Assembly: GCA_052327205.1 (NCBI GenBank)
Contig: CM126207.1
Span: 205,468,001 to 205,532,000 of the forward strand
DNA: 64,000 nt
Reading direction: 5' to 3'
Source of the DNA: Somniosus microcephalus
Taxonomy: Eukaryota
Part shown: one piece after another, positions 12,192-25,225 of the stretch
How positions within the stretch are numbered: the stretch's first letter is position 1
Layout: each line of letters begins with the position of its first letter
Program-made: the position numbers and the translations under genes
Notes under the pieces: generated by a model
Database searches by the model: none
What the model was told of the DNA's origin: nothing
What the model saw: only the letters and a program-made list of their open reading frames with translations

Positions 12192-14555
12192 GTAAGTATA
12201 AGTGTGAGGGTAGTGGGAAGGGGTAATCCAAATTGGTTCAGTTTGATAGGACTGTGACTTTGATATAAATTTTGGAAGTACACTGATATAAAACTATTAA
12301 TGTGATATTGCAATGCTAGTTACTCTGAATGTCATCTTTTAACATGTAAACTCTAGTCATCATAGATGACTGCACTCAAAGCAATCCCTGGGAGAAGACG
12401 CAACTCATTAGCAGTAAGTTCAACTAATCTTGACCTGCACTTTTGGAGCGCAAAAAAAAGTTGGTCAGAAAAATATGTGACTGTTCAGTTGCTATTGAGC
12501 AAGTTAGAAAAAATGCAATAGACTGAATAAAATTATCTTATAAGTAATTAGGATTTTTAATATAAACACCACTCGTCCAAGAAGTGATTACTCTTTTGAC
12601 CACAGAATGTGAGTAGCTGATAGAACTGATACAGCAATGTCTGTATTTTCTTCAAAAGTGGAGCTATCTGTTATTGCTTGCTGCTATTCATGGGGGGAGG
12701 CGGGAAAACCAGTTGTAATAATATTAAAGCTCCCATCTCAACTTAAAAGCAGATTTGATATTGAGTACTTCTGGAGCTCCCAAACATGTGGTTGGAAAGC
12801 CCGCTGTGTAACTACTAGGCTATCAGGCTACCAGTAAGTCTTTGACTTTTAATTGTATCAGGTCTTAATGAAATGAAAATACAAAAATGGGCATGCTCTG
12901 TTTGATTATTGCAGAAGCATACATAAAGGAGCTCTGTATGTCAGTGAGTATTTGATTAATGCAAGGATTAACTTACAAAGGTCAAATTGTGTGCCAAAGG
13001 AAGATGAAAGTTAGTTTAAAGCCCTCATCTCATCAGACTTATCATGAATTTGGTTTAATAAACACAAATCCATTTTGCACCTTTTTAATGATGAAGCTAA
13101 TGAGGTTTTAATGTTAAATAAAACCTTTGCTGATTACTCAGTACAGTAGGCTTGATTCTCGCATTAAATGCAAATTGTATGTCATTGCTGTTTAGAATAA
13201 AAGCTTCATTTTAAATGGCTTTTCCTAATAATCTTGGTTAAATACTTAAGTTGTTTAAAAAATATTCATTACATTTTTTGTTTTAAAAATTAAATCCAAA
13301 TTAAAGTAGAAATACATTTTCTCACTTACCTTTTTATGTGATGAAAGTGGTTGTTACAAAGTATAAGATTTATCAAATATTGTTGAATAGAGATTAATTT
13401 GAGGAAACCTCGAGTACAATGGAGTGAGCTGGTAAAATAGATCTCTTTAAATAAAACTTGACCATGTACAGTAATAGCTTTTCTTTTTAAAAAAAACCTT
13501 GAACAGGTAGTTACACTACATTTACTAGAGGGCGCAAAAAATTAAAATGCTAAACCTGTTGAGAACTCTGTTCTTCTAATAACAGTAATTTAGAAAATTG
13601 CATGTTATGCTGCACCCTTAATTGCAACTTATGAACAAGTGCCTCTGTGTACTGGAAGTCTTTGCACTATTAAATGATTACAGGCATTTATCTTTGTATT
13701 CCAGTCTCAAGATGCATAGAAATTTTCAGGAGCTACAATAGTACAGAGCATTATTCTAGTTTGATTTACAATGCTACTCCTATGGATGTGGTGATTTTTT
13801 GTTAAATTTGCAAAGAAGAATCCATACAAGCTACCGTTTATATACAGATGTCTTTGGAACAATGGCCATTTAAAGTGATTTTAACTAGATTTCAAAGTTG
13901 GTGTGTAGTATGCCTTTTTGGAAGGTCACATTTTGTATATATACTGCTTCAGTTTCAACCCTTCCACTTGCATGACTTGTTTAAATCTTAACATTTTTAT
14001 TATAATTAAATTACAGATTTCGCATAGAATGCAATAAGGTCCAAAGTTTAGTGTTCCATCTCCGTTTGTTAAAACCTACCTATTTGAAAAGGGATTTAAA
14101 CCTTCATAATACATGGATTAAAAATACCATATAGCTATCACACTTACTAAAAATACCTGGATCTGCACATGTCAGAGGAAACCTGTCTTTGATGTCTCTG
14201 CTTCACTCTGTGCCACAGAGATGTACCATCTTCTGCACAATAACTTGCAGACAACACTTAGATCTGGCATTCTTGGGGAATGGCCCCTTCTCATGGCACA
14301 TGAGCACCAAGTAATCAGGCTGGTAAGCCGCAGCAGATTCAGCACTGAGCTCCCGCTTCTGCAGAACAGTTTTTAAATGTTTTTCAGGCCACACTAGGTG
14401 CGTGTGCTGACCCCCACATTGAATTCTCCTTGTTCTTTGCAACGCAGTTCCTCGTTTGCTGGGAGGCCTCCATGCTGTTGCTGCAGAACTCCAATACTTA
14501 AAGCCAGATTTCCTGGTTTTTGATATTTGGATTTTTTTCCTGCTGTGTTTAACGA

Positions 14556-14911
14556 CAGGAAACTCTTTTTTTAACCGGCACCTAAATATCCGGAAATCTC
14601 TCTTAACCAGCAAAATTCAGGAGTAGGTTCAGATAAGTTTTACTATATATTAGTGGCCGTGTAACCGGGGTTCCTGGATCTGTGGCTATGTAACCGGGGT
14701 TCCTGCACCTGTGGCCGTGCAACAGGGACTCCTGAATCTGTGGCCGTGTAACCGGGACTCCTGCACAAGTGCTGTGTAACCGGGGCTCCTGCACCTGTGG
14801 CCGTGTACAGGGCTCTCGTACCTTGGTAAGTATACCTCTCTGTAATCCGGACTTTTTGATCAACTGGCACCACGCCGGTCCCGTCGGTGCCGGATAAAAA
14901 AGAGTTTCCTG
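14556..14911. mobile_element. Tigger/pogo-like MITE carrying an internal minisatellite
   Basis: ~26-bp TIR caggaaactcttttt..ccggcacc / ggtgccggataaaaaagagtttcctg, TA on the right flank. A related copy lies at 52162-52400. Confidence 0.75.
14653..14818. repeat. Minisatellite, ~29-bp unit, about 6 copies
   Basis: Repeats of tgtggccgtgtaaccggggttcctgcacc and variants. Confidence 0.9.
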
Positions 14912-15149
14912 TAGTTGAACTGGATTTAGTGCATTATAGCCTTCTACAAAACAAACAAAACAGATGAATACAGCATTAGAGTGTAAGTCGAGATGTAACC
15001 CTTTGACCAGCCTACATTCCACTTAGTGTGAAAGAAGAAGAGAGCATGCATATAGTTTGAGGAGCCCAAGAGTGTGGGGAGAAAATGTGCAACAGTTCTG
15101 TGAATAGAAGAAAGCCTTGGCTTTTGACTGTCACCAAGTTGGAGCTTTT

Positions 15150-16178
15150 TAAAAATTCATTCACTGGATGTGGGCGTCGTTGGCAAGGCCAACATTTATT
15201 GCCCATCCCTAATTGTCCTTGAGAAGGTGGTGGTGAGCCACCTTCTTGAACCGCTGCAGTCCTTGCGCTGTTAGGGAGGAAGTTCCAGGATTTTGACCTA
15301 GCGACGGTGAAGGTATGGCGATATATTTCCAAGACAGGATGGTGTGTGACTTGGAGGGGAACTTGGAGGTGGTACTGTTCCTATGCACCTGCTGTCCTTG
15401 TCCTTCTAGGTGGTAGACATCACAGGTTTGATAGGTGCCGTTGAAGAAGCCTTGATGTGTTGCTGCAGTGCATCATTTAGATGGTACACACTGCAGCCAC
15501 GGTGTGCTGGTGGTGAAGGGAGTGAACATTTAAGGTGGTGGATGGGGTGCCAGTCAAGCAGGCTGCTTTGTCCTGGATGGCATTCTTGGGGAATGGCCCC
15601 TTCTCATGGCATCTCATGGCACATGAGCACCAAGTAATCGAGTTGGTAAGCCACAGCTGATTCAGCACTGAGCTCCCGCTTCTGCAGAACAAGTTTTTAA
15701 ATGTTTTTCAGGCCACACTAAGTGCGTGTGCTGACCCCCACATTGAATTCTCCTTGTTCTTTGCAACGCAGTTCCTCGTTTGCTGGGAGGCTTCTTGAGT
15801 GTTGTTGGAGCTGCACTCATCCGGGCAAGTGGAGAGTATTCCATCACACTCTGACTTGTGCCTTTTAGATGATCAAAAAGCTTTGGGGAGTCAGGAAGTC
15901 ACTTGCCACAGAATACTCAGCTTCTGACCTGTCCTTGTACCCACAGTATTTATGTGGCCAGTCCATTTCTGGTCAGATGTTGATGGTGGGGAATTTGACG
16001 ATGGTAACGCCATTGAATGTCAAGGGGAGAGGTGGTTAGACTCTCTCTTGCTGGAGATAGTCATCGCTTGGCACTTGTGTGGCGTGAATGTTACTTGCCA
16101 CTTACCAGCACAAGCCTGAATGTTTTCCAGGTCTTGCTGCATACGGGCATGGACTGCTTCATTATCTGAGGAGCTGCA
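15150..16178 (-). mobile_element. CR1-group LINE 3' fragment
   Basis: Minus-strand MQQDLENIQACAGKWQVTFTPHKCQAM and KSWNFLPNS; A-rich end near 15150. Confidence 0.7.
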
Positions 16179-17533
16179 GCTCCACTGACATGGTAGTGAG
16201 AGGATGTAGGATGTGAGATTTGGGCTTGTGCTTTGCAGGCTAGAGATGCTGCTGATGTGGCACCATGCTGTTTGCTCAGTGCTTGATGTAAGCATAGTAC
16301 AGGCATTCCTTTTATTAAAGCTTACTTTGGCATTCTTCCTCAGTCCTGAGATCATTTTGCACATCTGGACGTGGGAGATTACATTTACTCTATTCACCGC
16401 TTTCTGACATGCCTGCTGCAAATTTGCTTTATTGTGATTGTTCCCTTCAGGCCAAAAATGGTGTCACTTTCCTCAGAACCATCTCGTTGAGCAACCCTCC
16501 AGACTTTCTTTAGTGAAGGGGCAGTTCTTGGAGCTTCTTCAGCCATTACTTTTTATGCAGCAGCCCTTTAGGAACTGCTGAACTTTGGATTCACTGCCCA
16601 GTGTAAAAATAAAATGTACATGAAGCATATTCTAATCATTCAAATGACCTGACCCTGTGGCACTTGTCAGGATTGAACTTGCACTCAACCAGTGCAAATG
16701 TACTCGGCGCTGAGAGTACCATTTTTAGCTCCCTCTCTGAATTGGCCCTACGATTTACAGCTGCTTTTGGTTTGCCTTTTTTAAAAAAAAACATATGAAT
16801 TGAGTGTGACGAAAATGGAAATATACAGTACTCAATGGAGACATTCTTCTGAGGTTTGAATTGAGATTTTTTTTCAGGATTGTGTGAGCTATTGGTAGTG
16901 TTGGCACTAGACATGTTCAGTTCGCCAGGATCTTAATTCCTCACCTGTTATGATTTGTTTTTTATGAGACTACATTTATTTGGATTTAAAGTTGTTTTTC
17001 TTGTACCAGCAATGACAACCTTAATTCAAGACAAATTGTAAATTGTAGGGAATTCCAAAGGTCTCTATCAGATTGGTTGTGCTTTACTTGAGGTAATGAA
17101 TATAGCTGAGTGCTCCACCAATATTAAATAGAATTCCCTTTAGCCAAGTGTGGGATGAAATTCAGCATGAATTTCACAGAAGAAGAATTTGCAGGTCAAA
17201 TTTTATGAATGTTTGTACTTGGATTACAGCAGTCTCGAATGGTATTTGTGGCATTAGGCCTGAGGCATTACACGGTTTATGCTGTGCTTGGCAATATGAA
17301 TATGATAGTAATGTGTTTACTTTGTTCTGTGTCCCATGAACCATGATGTGGAAGGAGGTAGAAGGTGGGGGTGGATGTATCAAAGTTTTGAACTTCAATG
17401 ACAAATTACATTAAAACCAACAGAAAACGCTTACATTCCTCTTGTCTGTCTGTAAATAAGTTTTAAAAATGACTGCAGCTTATTTGAAGCAGACCTAATT
17501 AAAAAAAAAAATCAATTTATTTTTATTTCTCAC

Positions 17534-17780
17534 TTGCTCTCGCCCCCCCCGCTTGCTCTCGCCCCCCCCTGCTTGCTCTCGCCCCCCCCTGCTTGCTCTC
17601 GCCCCCCCCCCCGGCTTGCTCTCGTGCCCCCCCCCCCCCCCCCCCCCCCCCGGCTTGCTCTCGCCCCCCCCGCTTGCTCTCGCGCCCTCTTGCCCCCCCG
17701 CACTCTCGCGCCCCGCTCTCGGCCCCCCCCCCCCTGCTCTCACGCTCCCCCCCTCCGCACTTTCTTCCCCGTTCTCGCGC
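17534..17780. repeat. C-rich minisatellite (gcttgctctcg + C run)
   Basis: About 10 degenerate 18-20-bp units plus a long poly-C run. Confidence 0.9.
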
Positions 17781-18243
17781 TCTATACATTTGTATGGTTT
17801 TGAATGTTACGAATTATGGAAAAGTGGTAGACTGTAGTCATTATGTAAAAAAATGGTATATCATTCCACTGAATCATTGTCCATACTGTAAATTTAAATA
17901 ATTACTAAATTTGCACCTACTTAACTCTTGTGCCCATAAACATGTTTGTATTCGTGGTCAGCAATGTCTGCACTTTCCACTCATTTCTGTTTTTTACTTA
18001 AGCTCCACAGTAGTGAACATGAGAATGCTGATTTGTTTGCCTGGTTACCAAATTTGTGTGTATACTTTTAATGGACCATAACAATGTATTTGATGGGCTT
18101 AAGTTAGTTTACTTACGTTGTCTACAATGAATATACTTTTAGGTAGATTTAAAAAAAAAATTGAACTGTTTAACACATGGAAAATTGTTTTAAGTCCAAG
18201 AGCAATTATTTGACGGGAATCTTTTTCATCCTATTTTTAACAG

Positions 18244-20803
18244 TTTCAATACTGTGGATTACTGTTCCGCTATGAAGGCTGGCCTTTATGCATCTGTGAA
18301 AAAATAGTAATACAACTCTCCGCACTTGACTGGCGAACTTTACAACCTGGTGATTTCTACCTTCAAGTGGTTCCACACCTGAAGAAGACTCCACGTATTG
18401 TAGTAAAATGCCTTGCAACAAATGGATACATTATAGAGGAAGTAGTAGTTCCAGAGGTCTCTTATACTTCTATCTTCACTATGGAGTGGTTGGACAATAT
18501 TAACAAGGGACGGATGGGAACAGCTTTGCAAAATTGTCTCTTGTCTACTGACAGCAGTATCTTTCGAGTACCTTGGGAAGAGGTGGTGAATCCAGAATTT
18601 GTTGATAAACCAAAAATGATTGAAAGTATGTCATCAGGAAACTGGATTGTGGATCAGGAAGTTGTTTGTAACAATCCCAACAATTTACCATTGAATGATC
18701 TCAGTACAGCACCAGAAAACCAATCTGTAACAACTCAAAATCTAACTATAAAAGGAAAAGGACTGAAGACACAGCAAATAAATCTTCCAAGGGCTTTACA
18801 GCATTCCCTAAGTAGTGTTGCAGATTGTTTAGATGTTTCTGTTAATTCCCCAACCATTTCTCTTCAAGAACTTGAGGGAGAGTATGTAGAACTTAGTCAA
18901 ATTTCATTAAGTGAAGGTGATTCCCTTTCACAAATAAGTAGTTCAGACTCAAACTTGCAACATGCATTGAGGAGTATCAGGTCATCAGAAGTGACCCCTT
19001 TGGAAGCCTTGAGTAGTAGCACTTGTTCCAAGGAATCACTTTGTCCAAATTACATGGAGGCATCTTCAAATGTAACTTGCAGGTCCAATTTAGAAACAAT
19101 ACACAGCCCATTTAATTTAAATGTTAGCGGCAATGAGGAAATTCTTGAACATCAGTCACTCGCAGATACTATGGAAAACAGAATAACATTTCATAATAAG
19201 ACTTGCAATAGTAGTGAAACTAAAGTGCCTTGTGTGTTTACAAAAGTAGAGCTGTCTTCATCAGCGGAAACTGACCTTCACCAAGAAGGAATGGAACAAG
19301 AGTTTAAGTCTTGTTGTGGAGACATGCATATGTTAATTAACCAGACCACAAATGCCACAGAAAACAATTTAAACAGTAGACTTTTGGAACCAGTGGTTTG
19401 CAACGACACACAAACTTCTGCTCGAGATTTACAAGATAGACAATTTCAAAGTTCTTCAGGTGATTCATTATCTACACCACACAGTAGAAATAAAATTGAT
19501 GCGAAAGAATGCGAAGAAATTTATAGAGAAAATAAATTCCACAAAAATAACCAAAATATATCTGAAGCAGATGCAACAGAAAATACCCGTGGCAAACATA
19601 CAAAAGTTGCAAAGCAGAACAGCACCTCGATGAAAGAATTTTTCAATCATCAATTGACTGACTGTAATTTAATTAACACTATGGAATTTGTAAATATTGC
19701 TGTCACGGCATCTCCTACGTACATACAGCCTTTGGCTAAAAACTTAGAGCAGAAAAAGACAATGAACCAACAGTCAGAGTGTATTGAGCATGCACAATTT
19801 AATGGTCAGAGCCTTACTCGAACTGTACAGTTTATTAAAAATGTAACTCAACCAACAGCAGAGTATTTTGTTCAAACATTTGCCGATGTGCAATTGGATG
19901 GGTCCAAAATCTCTCTAAACCAGTCTTTAAGCTCTGAAGACACTGTTGACTCTAATTTATGTAAGAATTTTGCACTTGTTGAAAATTTAGATCTTCCATT
20001 GAAGGACAATGGAAAGCATATAGAGATTAAAGCTGATCAGTTAATTAAAGATGATGTACAACCTGCCATTCACCAACTGGCTGATGCCACAGGCACAGCA
20101 GAGTTAATAAATGAAGAAACAAAATCTGCAACACATGCTGATCATTTACAACCTAATTTAACTGAGTGTACAGAAAAACGTGGATTTGAATTTATGACAC
20201 ATTTGGAGAGAGATCGTGTATCTTGGACAGAGGAAAACATACAATTGCATGAATGTTCAGTTAATAAAGAAAGAACTAGTCAGCAGTTTCAAGTCAATGC
20301 ATTACATCAGACGTCTGCACATGTGGAACATGCAAATCAACTGCAGAGTGAATTCAGCAAACAAAAACACATTGAAACTAAGGATTTGAACTTGACAGAA
20401 AGTTGTAATCTAACACTTCTTGAAGAATTAGATCCACTACAGGACATTGGAAATCCATTCTTGCAAGACTTGCCAAATGAGACTGCAGTGCAAGACGATG
20501 CTGAATTTCATGTTAAAAAAGAAGGCGAACCCAAGGAATATTCTACTGTTGAAGAGTACTGGTCAAATATAGTAATGATAGAGTCTAGCATTGCCTACTC
20601 AAGTATAGTGGGAAGTGAAAAGCTTGAAGCTACTTCTGCAAGTATAGACAGAAATGAAAATCTGCCCTTTGCCAATAACGCACACAGGCAAGATTTAAAG
20701 GAACACAAAAATCAATCAGGAAAGCAAGCTACAGAAGATTTAATTATTGTAAATGCTGAAGAGCAGAAGCAAGAAGGCCGTCTTACTGACAAAAATCTAG
20801 AAG
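18244..20803 (+). CDS. PLEKHG4: PLEKHG4/PLEKHG4B-like giant coding exon (~853 codons)
   Basis: tttttaacag| FQYCGLLFRYEGWPLCICEKIVIQL..PGDFYLQVVP..FTMEWLDNIN..PWEEVVNPEFV, the conserved family domain, in phase with the previous exon. A long S/E/Q/N-rich open frame follows. Donor AAG|gtagga at 20804; alternative AAT|gtaagg at 20845. Confidence 0.85.
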
Positions 20804-23800
20804 GTAGGATATCTCTGAAATTGAACGACATGGCTTTTATTAATGTAAGGTATATAGAATACCTTTTTTTGCTTTTCCCAGCATAATTGATCGCAATAAC
20901 AAAATAAATGTAAATGGCTCTGTAATACTAAAGGAGGTCATTATACTGAATCCTAAGACTTTAGCCCCAATTTCAACTTTGGTTGGGTGGGTGGCGAGGT
21001 GAGTTGGAAACTTACCCACTGCTGCAGAAATACGGTCATGGGATATTTTAATTTCTAGCCCTCCTTAACATGCTGCTGGTCCACTTCCCTGCAACTGCCT
21101 CCCTCCCAAAAATCAGGTAGCCCATAGCCATCTGTCGGAAAATGGGTAAATGTGGAAAGAGAGTTCCGGGGCAGGGAGGCCTGAACTTCCCTTGTGGGAG
21201 CATTCCTCCTGCTCCTGGCCCCACAAAGGAAAGTTTAAAAAAAAAACTTAACTGTTTGGGCTTCTTCATCTTACCGGCAGAGCGCAACATTCTTCAGCCC
21301 GGTAGGAAAGCCACAGTGGCTTCTCCACTCAGGCCTGAGTTAAAATTGCAGTCAGGGCCCAATTACATCATCAGACATGATCTGCATATATAAAAAGGAC
21401 CCTGCCGGCTTTGGACGGGCGGCTTAGCAGTCGGCGGGCTCTGAGTGGCTTGAGGTCTGTTGTATCCGTGTGTTAATGGAGACACGGAATGCAGGAGTTG
21501 GTTTAACAGGTGTTTACTGAACAAAGTCTGGAGGTGAACTAAAAGATACAAGTCGCTATACAGGCTTATATACCCGAGTGGTCACTACCGGTATTACAGT
21601 ACACAGGGGCTCTTAAAGGTACATACACTACAATTCCTCCCCTTTTAGATAATTAGTACATAACATTTTAAGTAATCATTAATTAACATGTTTACAAGAA
21701 CAATAATTACACATTTGCTGCAGTTAATCAATTATAAGTCAGTCTCTCTGGAGGCTTTCTGACTCGGTCCGGATAATGCCTCAGTGGTGTAGTAGTTTTC
21801 GGTGGTGTAGTAGGTTCTTTTGGCAAGGTCGATTCGGCTTGAATGCCAGTGTCGGGTTCATCTGGTTCCAGTATCACCGGATCGGAGGTAGATACTATGG
21901 GTATCTCTGCTTCATCATTAGGCGTATAGAGTTGTGTAGGTTGTCCCTTTTCGGATGACTCTATGATCTGGTCAGCATGGCGCCTTATTATGCTTTCTCC
22001 AATGTCCACGGTATACATCAGCAGTCCTAGTCGTGTGCAAATAGTTCCAGGCTGCCATTTCTCGGTACGGTAGTCCCGGGCCAAAACTTGTTGACCTATC
22101 TGGAAGGTTCTAGTTGGCCTTTCATTCATGCCTTGAAATTGCCGGTTCTCTACGTCCCTTCTGATGTTTGGCTTGATCAAATCCAGCCGGCATCTTAGTC
22201 TTCTATTGAAAAACATCATGGCGGGAGTTTGGTTTGTAACCACGTGTTGCATTCCTGTACGCAAACAAGAAGTTATCTACCTTATGTTGTAGATTTATGT
22301 CTTCATTACCCATGGCCTTTATGGCCTTCTTGAAGGTCTGGAGAAACCTTTCAGCTAATCCATTGGTGGCGGGATGGTATGGGGCAGACGTGTAGTGCTT
22401 AACCCCATTGTTTTTTTAAGAACTTCCTGAATTCTTCGGACACAAATTGCGGTCCATTATCAGAAGAGATCTGTTCAGGCAGCCCATTCCTGGCAAATAT
22501 GGTCCTTAATACTGTGATGGTTTTTTCCGTGGTGGTGGAGGACATCTTTATTACCTCCGGCCACTTGGAGTGTGCATCAACCGCGATTAAGAACATTGAG
22601 TCCATAAATGGACCAGCAAAGTCGATGTGTACCCTTTGCCATGGAGATGAGGGCCACTCCCATGGATGTAGAGGGGCTTGTGGTGGGGCGTTTTGGACCT
22701 TCTGGGATCCTAGACAGCTCTTGGTCATTTCTTCGATGTCTCCATCGATACCTGGCCACCACACAAACGCTCTGGCTAGGTTCTTCATTTTCACTCCACC
22801 CAGATGCCTCTCGTGAAGCTCCTTTAGCACTTTATCCTGGAGTTTGGGTGGAATCCACACACAAAGGTTCCTCGGCACACTGACAGCTGTTCTCCTCTTT
22901 GCGAGAATGCTGGCAACAGTGGTTCGCCATGTGCTGGCCATCCCTTCACCGTTAAATCGTAGACTCGTGAGAGAGTCGGGTCATTTCTCGTTTCCTTTTC
23001 AATGGTAGAATTTGTTACTGGTAGACATTCCACTATGGTTGAGTGGAACATCTCCACTGGGTCTACTGTAGGTGCCTCTTCTACCGTTGGCAACGGTAGG
23101 CGCGATAAACCGTCAGCATTCCCATGCTGTTTTGATCCTTTGTATTCTATGTCATATTGGTGTGCCCCTAGGAAAAGGGACCACCTCTGTAGCCTTTGCG
23201 CTGTCATAATGGGAACGCCCTTTTTAGGCTTGAATATGGAGACGAGGGGTTGATGGTCAGTCAAAAAGGTAAATTTTTGTCCGTGTAGGTAATGGTTGAA
23301 TTTCTTCACTCCCCCACACTAGGCTGAGTGCTTCCCTGTCGATCTGGGCATAGTTACGCTCAGCTGAGTTCAATGAGCGTGACGCAAAAGCTATCGGCCG
23401 CTCCAAGCCATCAGGGAATCTATGCGATAATACCGCTCCTACGCCGTAAGGGGATGCATCGCACGCCAGTCTGATTGGCAGTGATGGGTTGTCATGAGCC
23501 AACACTTCCTTGGACGTGATCAAGCCTTTGCATTTATGGAAGGCACGTTTACAGTCTTCGCTCCATTTCCAAATTACTCCCGTTTGTAGCAGTGCGTTCA
23601 GAGGGTGCAGAACAGTTGATAAGTTTGGTAAAAATTTATGATAGTAATTTATCAATCCCAGGAACGACCTTAATTGTGAGACATTTTCAGGTGCTGGGGC
23701 TTTTATGACCGCTTCAATTTTTTCAGGTGACTTATGCAACCCTTCCATTATTTATTATGTGGCCACAATATGATATTTGTCTCTGGAAAAATTCGCACTT

Positions 23801-25042
23801 GGGGCGATTTGCTCGTAGGCCCCGTTCTCTCAGCCTAGTGAGCACCTGCTCCAAATTGGCACGGTGCTCGTTGTCGTTTTCTCCTATTACAAGGATGTCG
23901 TCTAGGTAGCATTGAGTCCCCGGAATCCCTTGCAGGACTTGCTCCATAGCTCTTTGCCAGATAGCTGGAGCTGATGCTACTCCGAAAACCAGTCGATTGT
24001 ACTGGTACAGGCCTTTGTGTGTGTTTATCGTGAGATACCTTTAAGAGGCCTCCTCAACCTCCATCTGTAGATATGCCTGTGCCAAGTCAATTTTGGTGAA
24101 ATGTTTCCCTCCGGATAGTGAGGCGAAAATATCTTCTATCCTCGGAAGAGGATACTGTACCGTGTGAAGGACCGGGTTTACAGTCACCTTGAAGTCCCCA
24201 CAGATGCGAATTTTTCTCTGTTCTTCAAATTTATCATTATTCAATGTTTTCTTCATGACCGGGACGATGGGTGTTGCCCACTCGCTCCAATCTACCTTGG
24301 ATAACACACCTCACTTTTCCAAATTCTCCAGCTCTGCCTCGACTGCTGGACGAATTGCGTATGGCACCGGCCTTGCCTTAAAAAACTTGGGAATTGCCGC
24401 ATCTTCTACTTTTATTGAGGCGGTGACGCCTTTCAAGGTTCCTAGTTCCTGTTGAAACACTTCTTTGGCGTTGGCCAAGATGTCTTTTAATCGTTCAGGT
24501 ATGACGTCATCATCATTTTTTTTCTTACTGGTCACCGTCAGTGCCTGAATGGAGTGCCAGTCTAAACTTATCTTCCTGATCCATTCACGTCCCAACAGCG
24601 GTGGACCACCATCTTGCAGAACGTATAAATACAACTTCTGTATTTCCTTGCCGTTGTATACAACAGGCACCCTTATTTTCCCTCTGGGGTATACTTTCTG
24701 CCCTGTATATGTCTTCAAGCTAATGGATGTGTCTTTCAAAGGTATATGCGGAAATAGCCGCTCGTAATCCCGTCGACTTATGACGGTCAGAGCTGATCCT
24801 GTATCTAGCTCCATTTTAACTGGGGACCCCGCTATCGTGAGGGTAACCCAAATGGTCTGGTAATCTTCTTTGGCAATTACATTATGTAATTTGAGACAGC
24901 TTAGTCTCTTGTTTCCGGAGTCGCTATCGCTCTTCTGGTCTTCGGAGCTACTGTCTGTCATCATTTGTACCTTTCTGTACTTTTCCTTATTGATTTTTTT
25001 TCTGTCAGTGGATTTTTTGTTTCCAGATCGGCAATCACGTGC

Positions 25043-25225
25043 AATCACAGAAATCACAGAAACCCCACCGTGCAGATAGAGGCCATTTCGGCCCATCGAG
25101 CCTGCATCGACACATATCCCACCCGATCCCCGTAACCCCTACACCAACACATATCCCACCCTATCCCCCTAACACTAAGGGTCAATTTATCATAGCCAAT
25201 CAACCTAACCCGCACATCTTTGGAC
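25043..25225 (-). mobile_element. HE1-like shark SINE, 3' half
   Basis: The minus strand reads gtccaaagatgtgcgggttaggttgattggc..aaattgacccttagtg..gcaggctcgatgggccgaaatggcctc.. and ends in a (ttctgtgat)n CR1-type tail. Confidence 0.75.

Noticed and set aside
17495-17901. Pro-rich and Gly-rich ORFs on both strands
   Set aside because: They are translation artefacts of the C-rich minisatellite.
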